Shown: piece after piece, positions 41,688 to 53,475 of the stretch
Layout of the letters: each line of letters opens with the position of its first letter
Position numbering within the stretch: the stretch's first letter is position 1
From: Azolla caroliniana
Taxonomy: Eukaryota > Plantae > Polypodiophyta
Assembly: GCA_043228905.1 (NCBI GenBank)
Contig: JBHGNT010000002.1
Span: 6,448,001 to 6,512,000, forward strand
DNA length: 64,000 nucleotides
Reading direction: 5' to 3'
Notes under the pieces: generated by a model
Told to the model about the DNA's origin: nothing
What the model saw: the letters and a program-made list of their open reading frames with translations, nothing else
Databases searched by the model: none
Program-made: the position numbers and the translations under genes

Positions 41688-44600
41688 TGTTGGGAAAACG
41701 GTCTCTCCGGATGGGATCCGGTGATGAATAAAGAGGACACCTGTGAGAACCAAAAGAGATCCGGAAAACGGAGGAGACCTGGTGAGAACCGGAAGAGAAG
41801 ACATATCTGTACATATGTTTTGAGTAAGCCTATTGAGGCTATATTTGTAAATAGTCCTAAGTTCATATAAGTATAAATATGACTTAGGGCTATCACTTTG
41901 TATAAGGTTGTTGTTGTCATACTACTGTAATTGTTGTACAAAGAGCGACAGAGAGAGAGAGAGTGTGAGATAAAGAGAGATACTCTATTGTAACCACCGG
42001 TTGGCGAAGATACAGAACTCGAGGTCGCTGCCTCCGAGGCTTTGATTGTACCTTTCTCCCATAGTGATAGTTGGAGTCCGTGGGCTCCCGTGGTTTTTCC
42101 CTATTTGGGTTTTCCATGTAAACATCCTATGTATTTCCTTTGTGTACTCTCCATTTCCCATTTCTAATATGTTTCATTCTCATAGAAGTGATTCAAGACT
42201 TGGTTGTGGCTGAGAAATATTCTGCGCTATTCCTCACAATCAGGTATTAGAGCGAACAACACAGGAAATGGAAGAGTCGTTTGGCGGCATGTTCAAGCTC
42301 ACCGGCTCCAACTACTTAGTGTGGAAGTCGAAGATGAGGGATATGTTGGTGGTTAAAGATCTTTGGTTGCCGGTTCAGTTCGGGGACAAGAGACTGGATA
42401 AGATCGACGCCACAGTGTGGGAGGTGATGCACATGAAGACGACGGCATACATCCGTTGCTTCATCGACATGAGCCTGTACAACAACTTCAATGAAGAGAG
42501 CAAGGCTCATGAACTCTGGGAGAAGATTGACATCATGTTCCAGAACAAGAATGCTGTTAATCGGGTTTCGGTATTCCGGAAGCTAGTGAGGCTCCGGCAC
42601 TAGGACGGCTCCAGTATGGTGGAGCACATGAATGCCTTCCAACGGCTAATACACCAGGCAACCTCGTTGGAAGTACCTCTCGCCGATTAGGTACTCGCAT
42701 TGCTCCTGCTCGGTTCCTTCTCAGACAGTTGGGAGACGTTAGTTGTCACGCTGGGCAACGCCAGGCCAGAAGGAAAATAGTTGTCCCTAGCAAGGGTAAA
42801 ATCAAGCTTGCTAGGTGAAGAAGCTCACCGGAGGGACTGGGAGTCCGGAACCGATCCAAAGGCCTTGGTCACGGAAGATGACCACAACCGAGGAAGAGGC
42901 CGGTATCGGAGTCCCCAAAATTGGGACAAGTCGGGGACGAGGTCGAAGTCAAGGGGGAGTCCTACTTGCTTCTACTATGGGAAGCCGGGGCACTTCCAGA
43001 AGAACTATCGGCATTTCCGGAAAGAGAAATAAACCGGCACTTCGAAGAAGAGTTTGAACCGGAACGGTTTGGACCGGAGAGGTCCGGATCGGAAGGGAAC
43101 GTTGGTGATCATGACAAGTGAAGAAGAACTGATGCTCATTACCGAAGAGAATGAGTTAAACCTTGTTGGTGACGAAACAACGTGGGTTGTTGATTCCGGA
43201 GTGTTGTTCCACCTGACACCGGACCGGAAATGCTTCTCATCCTACATAGCCGGTGATCATGGTTGTGTCCAGATGGGGAATGAAGGTACATGCCGAATTG
43301 TTGGCATAGGAGATGTGTTGTTGAGGACATCAACCGGATGCAAGTTGCTGCTGAAGGATGTCCGACACGTTCTGGGGGTTCAACTGAACCTAATATCAAC
43401 CGGTCGTCTAGATGATGAAGGCTACACGGGTAGCATCCGGAATGGAGTCATGAATTTCAGCAAAGGGAGTCTAATAGTGGCTCGAGCCTGGAAGGTCAAC
43501 ACACTGTACTTGATGCATGCCTGGATATGCCGGGAAGAAGTGAACGTAGAATCCAACACTGCCGGTGAGCTGTGGCACAAAAGACTGTGTCACATGAGTG
43601 AGAAGGGGATGAAGAGGCTTGCCGAAGACAACCTCATTTTGGTGAAGGACGTGCAACTTGAGAAGTGCAACAATTTCTTGGACGGCAAGCAAAACCGCAC
43701 CTCCTTCTGGTCAAGACCACTGATGAGATGGAATGCACCACTAGAGTTGGTGCATACCGATGTGTGTTAAGTGGACACGAAGTCACATGCTGGATCGTAG
43801 TACTTCGTGACGTTCATAAATGACCACAGCCGGAAGCTGTGGGTCTCACCATTGAAGACGAAGGATAAGGTGCTATCCATCTTCAAGGAGCTCCACGCGA
43901 GAGTGGAAAGAGAAACTTGCTGGAAGCTGAAGGCGGTTTGAGCAGATAACGGAGGAGAACACCGGGGGTAGTTCGAGGAGTATTGCCGGTCAAAGGGAAT
44001 CCGGCTCGAGTTTACTATGCCAAAGATGCCGTAACTAAACGGGTTGGCTAAAAGGATGAACCGGACCATAATGGAGAGATTCCGGAGCATGCTCGCACAT
44101 GCCAAGTCACCCAAGACGTTTTGGGCTAAGGCGCTGACGACGGCGACCCACGTGATAAACAGATCACCCTCAGTACCCTTGGGAGGAGACTCACCTCAGA
44201 AAGTATGGACCGGAAAAGATGTACCTTACCGACATCTAAAGGTGTTCGGGTGTCTCGCATAAGTGCATGTTGCAAAGGACAAGAGAGAAAAGTTGGATCC
44301 GAAGTCTAGGCCATGCATATTCCTTGGATACAACGACGATGAGTTCGGTTACTGGGTGTGGGATCTGGTCGACAAGAAGGTGTTCTGGAGTCGGGTCATA
44401 GTTTTTATGGAAAACAAGACCATTGCCGACTGTGAGTCGGAGAAGAAGGTGATGAACTCCGGATCATTCAATGAAAACCGGCTCAAGGACACAAGGACTT
44501 ACCTGGTTGAAAACCGGACGCTAGCCGGTAACCGGATGACACTCGACGAACCGGCCGGATACAGACAAGAAATCGAACCGACCGAAGAAGAAGAAGAAGA

Positions 44601-46951
44601 AGAAGAAGTAGAAGAAGAAGAAGAAGAAGAAGAAGAAGAAGAAGACACCGGAATCGAACAAGATCCCGAATTAGATTCAGATGAGGAACAAACGGAGGAA
44701 CTGGCAGTCAGAAACCTGGGATAGAGATATCCTCTTCGAGAGAGAAGAGCCCCCCGAAGATTTCCGGATGCAGAGCATGTGTTGCTAACCGATGAGGGGG
44801 AGCCGAAAAGCTTCGAAGAAGCAAAGAGAGACACCCACAACCGCAAGTGGTTGAGTGCCATGTAGGATGAGATGGATTCCCTACATGAGAACCACACATA
44901 TGAACTGACAGAGTTGAAGAAAGGGAAGAGAGCACTCCGGAATAAGTGGGTGTACAAGTTGAAACCGGGAGATGCCGGAAATCCACCTAGGTATAAGGCC
45001 TGAATCATGGTGAAGGGCTTCTAGCAGAAGAAAGGAGTGGATTTCGATGAGATCTTTGCCCCGGTAGTAAAGATGACATCCATCCGGACGATATTGGGCA
45101 TAACGGCAAGCATGGACCTCGAGGTAGAGCAACTGGACGTCAAGAAGACATTCCTACATGGCAACCTCGAAGAAGAGATCTACATGCACCAACCGGAAGG
45201 ATTTGAGAGGAAAGTGAAGGAGCACCTCGTGTGCCGGCTGAAGAAGAGCCTATATGGACTGAAGCAAGCCCCCCGGTAATGGTACCGGAAGTTCGACTCC
45301 TTCATGACCGACCAAGGGTACCACAAAACGCAAGCCGATCACTACGTGTTTGTGAAGAAATTTGACGGAGGAGATTTCCTGATACTCCTATATGTGGATG
45401 ATATGCTGATCGTCGGACGAGACCAAGGCAAGATTTGGATGCTAAAGAAGGCTTTGAACCGGACCTTCTCAATGAAAGACTTGGGTCCGGCAAGACAGAT
45501 ATTGGGAATGCACATCATCTAGGACCAGTCGAAGAAGCTGGTGTGGTTGTCACAGGAGAAGTACGTGACAAAGGTGCTTGAACGGTTCAACATGTTGGAG
45601 GCGAAAGCGGTCGGATCAACACTTCTGGCAAACTTCAAGATATTCGGAAAACAAAGCCCGAGGACAAAGGCGGAGAAGATGGATATGATGAAGATACCAT
45701 ATGCCTCTGTCGTCGGGAGCTTGATGTACGCAATGGTATGTACCCGACGGATATCGGATATGCAATCGGAGTGGTGAGCTGTTTCATGAGCAATCCCGAC
45801 AAAGAGCACTGGAACGCGGTCAAGTGGATACTCCGGTACTTGAAAAGGCACCTCGAGTATGTGCCTCCGGTTCGGCTTTGGTAATCCCCAACTTGACGGA
45901 TTCATGGATTCGGATATGTCAGCTGATGCGGATACCAGTCGGTCTACATCCGGATATGTCATGAATTATGCAAGGGGAGCTGTTTCGTGGCAGTCAAGGC
46001 TGCAGAAGACGGTTGCATTGTCAACCACAGAGGCGGAGTACATGGCAGTTGTAGAAGCCGGTAAGGAGATAATCTGGATGAAGGACTTCATCGAAGAGCT
46101 AGGAATCCAAGAGGAGGAATACCGGCTCTATTGCGATAGTCAAAGTGCCATCCACCTTGCAAAGAACGCAACCTACCATTCCTGGACAAAACATATCCAA
46201 TGGAGGTACCACTGGATCCGGGAGAGAGTAGAAGATCAAGATTTCGTGTTGACGAAGATCCACACGGAGGAGAATGGGTCGGACATGCTGACCAAGGTCC
46301 TAACAACCGACAAGCTGGACGCGTGCCGAAAGCGGATCAGGCTGACAAGATATCCCATGCCAGAGTGAAGGGGGAGATTGTTGGGAAATCGGTCTCTCCG
46401 GATGGGATCCGGTGATGAATAAAGAGGACTCGGTGAGAACCGGAAGATATCCGGAAACCGGAGGAGACCCGGTGAGGACTGGAAGAGAGCTGGTGAGAAC
46501 TGGAAGAGAAGACATATCTGCAAATATGTTTTGAGTAAGCCTATTGAGACTATATTTGTAAATAGCCCTAAGTTCATATAAGTATAAATATGACTTAGGG
46601 CATTCACTTTGTATAAGGTTGTTGTCATACTACTGTAACTGTTGTACAGAGAGCGACAGAGAGAGAGAGAGAGAGTGTGTGTGAGATACAAAGAGTCACT
46701 CTGTTGAAACCACCGGTTGGCGAAGATACAGAGCTCAAGATCGTTGCCTCTGAGGCTCTGATTGTACCTTTCTCCCATAGTGATAGTTGGAGTCTGTGGG
46801 CTCCCGTGGTTTTTCCCTTTTTGGGTTTTCCACGTAAACATCCTGTGTATTTCCTTTGTTTACTCTCCATTTCCCATTTCTGTGTTTCATTCTCATAGAA
46901 GTGATTCAAGACTCTGTTGTGGCCGAACAATATTCCGCGCTATTCCTCACA
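41688..46951 (+). mobile_element. Ty1/Copia element C (B/D group), full-length but heavily mutated; TSD GAAAC
   Basis: LTRs 41688-42238 and 46379-46951; GAAAC at 41683-41687 and 46952-46956; degenerate PBS (AGGTATTAGAGC); gag-PR-INT-RT-RH 42268-46368 with many stops; PPT GAAGGGGGAG. Confidence 0.95.
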
Positions 46952-47438
46952 GAAACAACCAAAGGAAGTCCAATGAACACAACTTGCATTAAACCTACAT
47001 CAAGAACGTCTTGCATGTTCCAACAATAACAAAGAATCTGGTCTCTGTTGGCCATATTGTGGAACAAGGCATGCAAGTTTGGTTCAATGAAAAATGATGC
47101 TTCATCGGAAAGGAACGCTGAATTATCGCTCGTGGATGAAGAGAAGGTTGAATGTTCATTCTCGATTCTCACGAGATGAAATCGGCAATGTTTGCCAAGG
47201 GCCATAAAACCATGCTATATAGAGCTATGGCACAAAAGAATGGGCCACATCAATCTCCAAAAGCTCAAAGGAATGCAGTCAAAAGGAGTTGTCATCGGAC
47301 TCCCAACCTTTACCGAGAAGGAGATTACAGGTGTATGCGAAGCTTGCCAATTCGGCAAACAACATCAACAACCATTCCCGAAAGAGAGGAATGTGAGCAA
47401 AGGGATCATGGATGTAATACATTCAGATGTATGGGAAC

Positions 47439-50400
47439 TATTGAGAATCAAGCTCAACTTGGTCTAGTGTGTGAACTCACCTTGAGAGTGAATAGTCACT
47501 CCAACGGTCAAGAGTCACCATTATGTCACCTCTTTGTATTCTAGCATTTAGTATGAGTCATAGAATCATATTCTATGACACATAACTTATGAGCTTTCAC
47601 ATTCCCCATGCTCCACGAGTCTTGTAGTTAATGAAGAGAGAGGGTGACTATATAAAGCACCCTCCTCCCTCTTTGTAATATGTTGAGTCTTTCTCCTTTG
47701 TTAATACAGTTTACATTGCGTATTCTGTGTGTGTGTGTGTGTGTGTGTGTCTCTCTCTCTCTCTCTCTCTCTCATACACACACACAGTTCATATCTATTC
47801 CGCTGCACAGAATCCATCTCTTGATTCTTTACATGGTATCAGAGCGATTTGGTAGCTCGATCTAGCCCATCCGCCTCATCGTGATTGTGTATTGTGCTCC
47901 ACGCTGACGACCAAGAACCAGCTCATCGCTATCGTAGCTTCGCTACATAGCTCACATTCGAAGAGAGAAGAAGAAGAACAAGAATCAACATAATGAATAA
48001 TCAAATGGGGAGCGCTCTCCCTACCGAGAAGTTGGATTGAAACAACTTCGCATCTTGGGAGTACAAGATGCACCAATACCTTGTCGGACAAGGCTATTGG
48101 AGCTACATCAAAGGAGCGCATGAAGACCGACCCGGCGAAGCGGCTCCCGGATACGCGACATGGGAGCAAGCCACAAGCCGCGTGATGTATTGCTTGGTGA
48201 CATGTGTTCACGATCACATGATCGACTACATTCACAAAGCCAAGACGCCGAAGGAGGCATGGGAAAATCTACGAAAGATTTTCGCGGTGAACACAACCGC
48301 AAGAAGGCTTCAACTCCGCCAAGAGTTGAACAACATTCAACAAAGGGACATGTCCATTACGACATACACCTTGAAGATCAAGGAGCTTTTTGATTTGTTC
48401 GGCTCAATAAGAGTAAATATCGATGATGATGAGATGGTTCAAATATGCCTCGGTGGCCTCGCACCACGGTTCGGCGTGATGCGAACCGCCGTTCTAGCAC
48501 GGGAGAAATCTCCCTCCTTCTTCGAGCTCCAATCAATGCTATTGGTCGAAGAAAACCACGTGCATACAAGGAGCAATGAGTCGGAAGGCCACATGCTTTA
48601 CATGCACTCGAACGGAGGAAGAGGACGCGGACGGTCGAGAGGCTGATTCGGCCAAGGACAAGGCGGACGAGGTCCGACCTACGATAACAACTCCCAATTT
48701 CGGCCGCAAAACAGAAGCCAACGAGGAACCTTCGCAAGAAGGGGGAGCTTCCACTCCGGCCCGAGCCGTCAAAACGCAACCGAATGTGGATATTGTGGAA
48801 AGCTCGGCCACCACGAAGAAGAGTGCCGAAAGAAGATGCACGAATCAGCCTCCACAAGCCGACAACTCACGAATTACGCGCACAATTCCGACTATGAAGA
48901 GTATAGCGGAATGTACGGGCACAACTCCGACTACGAAGATCGTGGCGGAATGTATGCACACTACTCCGACCGTGGCGGAATGTACGGGCACAACTCCGAC
49001 TACGAAGATCGTAGCGGAATGTATGCACACAACTCCGACCGTGGCAAAATGTTCATGATGAAACATAGAGCAAACTCTATGTCGGCCGCTACCTCAACTA
49101 GTGCCTCCGGTCCGGAAGACGTATGGTTCGTCGATTCCGGTGCCTTGAACCATATGACATCGCATCAAGAATGGTTCCGAGAACTTCGAGAGCCGGACCG
49201 ACCCGGCTATGTCGAAACCGGACACGACACTACGCACCCGATTCGGCACATCGGCAATGTTCCGTTCGGAAAAGAAGGTAAGCAAAATTACATTAAAAAT
49301 GTCTTGCATGTACCGACCATTACGAAGAATTTGGTTTCCGTCGGCCAAATTGTAGAGCAAGGGATGCACGTTCGATTTAATCAAGGCGGTTGCTTCATTG
49401 AAAAAGAGGGCATAATTATCGCACGCTGAAGAAAAGATGGCTGGATGTTCATTCTCGATTCGCATGAGATGAAATCCGTCATGTTCGCGAAAAGCACGAA
49501 AGCCGACTCCGACATAGAGGTATGGCATAAGCGAATCGGCCACATCAATCTCAACAAACTCAAAGCAATGAAATCGAAAGGATTCGTCATCGGATTCTCG
49601 ACATTCAAAGAGAAGGAGATTGAAGGTGTATGCGAAGCGTGTCAATTTGGCGAGCAACACCGACACCCATTCCCGAAAGAGCGGAACGTGAGCAAAGGTC
49701 TACTCGACGTAGTCCATTCCGACGTATGGGGACCAACGCAAACGACTACATTCGGCGGATGCCAATGTTACGTGCTATTCATCGACGACTTCTCTAGGCA
49801 CACTTGTATCTACCCGATGCGGCAAAAGAGTGAAGTGTTCGGACACTTCCAAACATTCAAGAATGAAGTTGAGAAAGCCACGGGCTGACATGTACGTTGT
49901 CTTTGATCGGATGGCTGCAAGGAGTACTTCTCGGACAACTTCATAGCGTATCTCCGAAAGGAAGGAATTCGGCGAGAATTCACTTGCCGACACACTCCAC
50001 AACAAAACGGGGTAGCCGAGTGCAAAAATCGGCACATCCTCGAAGTAGTGCGGGCCATGATGAACGAGAAGCACATCACGACCTAGCCCGAAGATGGACG
50101 AAGGCAAGGCGAAAATGTCAGAATACGAAGACAATCGCTTCAACGACGATGAGTCGACTCACTCACTCGACAGTGAGTTCAGTGGTTTCGAGGTACCAAT
50201 CGGAGCTAAGAAAGCCCTCATCTCTGCAAATGAGAAGCTCTGCCGATCCACCCGTGAAAAGAACCCCGTAAGCTGATTCAGCTACAACGATTATATGACG
50301 TACCATTACGCCTTTATGATGAAGGTAGTGACAGTACGGGAGTCGGAAACCTTTTCGGAAGCCGTGAAGGACCCGCGATGGATCGAAGCAATGAACGAGG

Positions 50401-50710
50401 AGATGCAGGCACTACAGAAGAACGAGACGTGGGATCTCGTTCCCACCTCACCACACAAAAAGGCGATCGGATGCAGATGGATCTACTAGGTGAAGTATAA
50501 CGCTGATGGCTCCGTAAACCGCTACAAAGCTCGACTCGTAGCGAAAGGATACGCTCAGACGCATGGCATCGACTACGAAGAGACCTTTGCCCCGTTGTCA
50601 AAGATGACGACGGTGCGGACCGTAATTGCGATTGCCGCAACGAAAGGGTGGCACCTCCATCAAATGGACGTCAAGAACGCCTTTCTACAAGGCGAATTAG
50701 AAGAGGAGGT
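47439..50710 (+). mobile_element. Ty1/Copia element E: 5' LTR (47439-47833), PBS, gag, protease, integrase and partial RT; truncated by another LTR
   Basis: TTTACA|TGGTATCAGAGC (47834-47845); gag 48068-48646, zinc knuckle [39 protein letters not shown]; internal deletion near 50080. Confidence 0.9.
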
Positions 50711-52103
50711 TGTTGAGAGACAAGCTCAACATCGGTCAGATCGGCTGAAGAAGCCGAGGACCGGATCGACTGGGACCGATCGGTTAGGCCGTTAGAAAAG
50801 ATATTCCGTGAGGAATATATTTGGGAGTTAGTGTAGGAGCTCTTAATGAGCATTGAAGTACTGTCAGTACTCCAGTCAGTCCTTCTAGGGCTTGTACAAA
50901 GTGTTCATTGAACACATATATGTATTGTTTTTTTTTTGTCTTTAATATATACCTTCCTTTTGGTGTCTCCTCTCGAACTCTCTCGGTCTCTACTGCGTAT
51001 ACTGTGTAAGCTCAAGCTCTCCATTAAACCTGAGTGTTCTCCCTTCTGTTCTGTCTTTATACTTGCTTTCGAACGCTACTTTTTGCATGGTATCAGAGCG
51101 CGAGGGTTGAGAACCTCTCTGCAGCCGACATAACTTGACGAAGAAGAACCCCTCTACTAGGAAGGTATGAGTGAGTAGGTATGTCGTATTCGACAAATCA
51201 ACATCTTGGTACATAGTCGACACAAATCCATCCAATCCAATCGAAATCGATTTCAAAATAGACTCGGAGGAGGATGATCGACTAAGGCTCACAATAGAGG
51301 AAAGTCCAATCACAACCAAGTTGAGTGGACCACAGGAGCCTCCAAGCGACCAAAGCACGTCACGACCAAGTTCGAAGCCGAACAAAGGGAAGGCCAAAAT
51401 GGCTGAGTTTGAAAACTCAGATGGAACTGAATTAGTTCACACACTCACTCACTTGACAATGAGTAGAGTGGATTGGATGTGCCTATCAGGAGGACACCAA
51501 GAGCCAAGAAAGCATGCACGAAGAGAAGAGAACAACCACATCACTCCACATGAGAAAAGAACGTAGTTAGCTAATTCGGTTACAACGACTAAGGAAAACG
51601 TTTCTGAAGCCATTAAGGACCCATGATGGGTCGAAGCGATGAATGAGGAGATGGAAGCACTCTCTAGGAACGAGACATGGGATCTCGTCCCCTCTTCATC
51701 CCACCAAAAGGGAATCAGATGTGGATGGATATTCAAGGTGAAGCACAATGCCGATGACACCGTCAGTTGGCATAAGGCATGACTTGTGGCAAAGGGATAT
51801 GCGCAAATGCACGATGTTGATTATGAAGAGACCTTTTCCCCGATGGAAAAGATGACAACCATTCGAACCATGATCGCATTGGAAACAACCAAATGGTGGC
51901 ACCTCCATCAAACGGACATAAATAACACCTTTCTTCAAGGCGAGTTAGATGAGGAGGTGTACATGGTACAACCACCCAGTTTTGAGTCAAGCACACACCC
52001 GCAAGCGGTATGCTGACTCAAAAAGCCTCTCTACGGCCTCAAGCAGGAACCTAAAGCATAGAATTCGAAGATAACCCAATATCTTCATCAAATCGGCTTC
52101 AAG
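50711..52103 (+). mobile_element. Copia A-family 5' LTR (50711-51087) plus PBS, fused by deletion to integrase C-terminal/RT remnants
   Basis: LTR nearly colinear with 12886-13338; TGGTATCAGAGC at 51088-51099; SRYVVFD at about 51171; RT fragments to about 52100. Confidence 0.85.
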
Positions 52104-53159
52104 GATTTACTCTTGACCTTCCCTGAAGAACCAAAGTCATTGACAAAAGCAATCAGTCGCCCAGTGAGATGCAACAATCGTCTTTTTGAACGACGTTCGG
52201 AACATCAGTACTAGATGCCAAGGGCAAGATCAGAGCCCGCCTATGCCTCAATGGTAGCAAAACCTTTTCCAAGGGAGTCATATAATGCATCTCCAGTGAA
52301 TACTGCAACTCCAATGGAAATTGACACTACACGTCGTCGCGGACCATTATCAAAAGAAGAAAAGGAACGACGCCGAGCCAATCGACTATGTCTTTATTGT
52401 GGTGGACCAGGGCATATTGCAGTGAACTGTCCCCATAGGCCAAGAAGACAGGTAAACCAAATAGTCGCTAGTTCTAATTGTACTAAACCCGAGTCTATTT
52501 TAGTAGGAATATCTGATAGTCTTAATAGTATTAATAGCCCAAATTTATCAAACAAATTTGATGTCCTTAGTCAGTTAGAAGAAGAGTTAAAACAACTAAG
52601 TCCAACAAAAATAGGAGTAGTTTGGTTGGATAGCCCTAGATCTGTGCAACCCATTAGAGGTTCCATTCCCTCTAAGCAAGTTAGCAATGTGTTCTTAGCC
52701 CAAGTAACAATTAGTACTAAAAGTACCTCTCCAGTACATGTCTCAACACTCCTAGATTCCGGAGCTAATTCTTGCTTAATGGATAGGAATTTTGCCCAAG
52801 CTCATCAGATATCCCTAAGAAAAATCCCGTGTCTAACTTCTGTAGTATTCATTGATGGTCGTCCCATTGCTTCCGGAAATATCATAGAAGAGCCCGTTAA
52901 TATTGTCCTAGATAATTTAGCGTGTGTAGTATCCTTTAATATCATTAGTATCCTAGAACATCCAATTGTTTTGGGATTACCATGGTTCAAATTACATAAG
53001 CCATACATAGATCGGAGAACAAGAGAAATCCGGTATCGACAAACCCGAGGATTGCAACCATTTCGCTACATTAGTTGCGTGAGGAAGGACGCAAGGAAGA
53101 AATGTTTCTCTTCGCAGTATCAATAAAACCTTCCAACACCACTAAAGAGGAGTCCAATG
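52104..53159 (+). pseudogene. Tcn1-like Gypsy gag C-terminus and protease fragment; host of element D (continues after 63980)
   Basis: TPMEID, CLYCGGPGHIAVNC, LLDSGANS, IVLGLPW in ORF 52215-53126. Confidence 0.85.
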
Positions 53160-53205
53160 TGTTGGGAGACAGGTCCCTCCGGATGGGAAGAGAGAAGAAC
53201 AGTGC

Positions 53206-53475
53206 CGATGAGGAGTACCCGGCTACAGAGAGCCAGATGGTGCAGACCCGGTGAGAACCGGATGAGGAGTACCCGGCTACGGAGAGCCGGATGGTGCAGA
53301 CCCGGTGAGAACCGGATGAGGAGTGCCCGGCTACGGAGAGCCGGATTGTGCAGACCCGGTGAGAACCGGATGAGGAGTACCCGGCTACAGAGAGCCGGAT
53401 GGTGCAGACCCGGTAAGAACCGGATGAGGAGTACCCGGCTACGGAGAGCCGGATGGTGCAGACCCGGTGAGGAAT
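53206..53475 (+). repeat. 54-bp CCGG-rich tandem array (5 units) in the D 5' LTR; 5 units also at about 56128-56400
   Basis: Unit CCGGATGAGGAGTACCCGGCTACGGAGAGCCGGATGGTGCAGACCCGGTGAGAA. Confidence 0.92.

Larger units (their letters stand above)
40217..47438 (+). mobile_element. Degenerate Copia element F (5' LTR ending 40859, PBS, gag, protease/integrase fragments), host of element C; LTR start uncertain
   Basis: TTTACA|TGGTATCAAAGT at 40859/40860; gag similar to element E (about 41020-41687); resumes after 46956 with NVLHVPTITKNL and LWHKRMGH; truncated by element E. Confidence 0.75.

Noticed and set aside
44580-44646. Poly-Glu stretch in element C as a new domain
   Set aside because: Simple (GAA)n expansion in the variable integrase-RT linker of a dead element.
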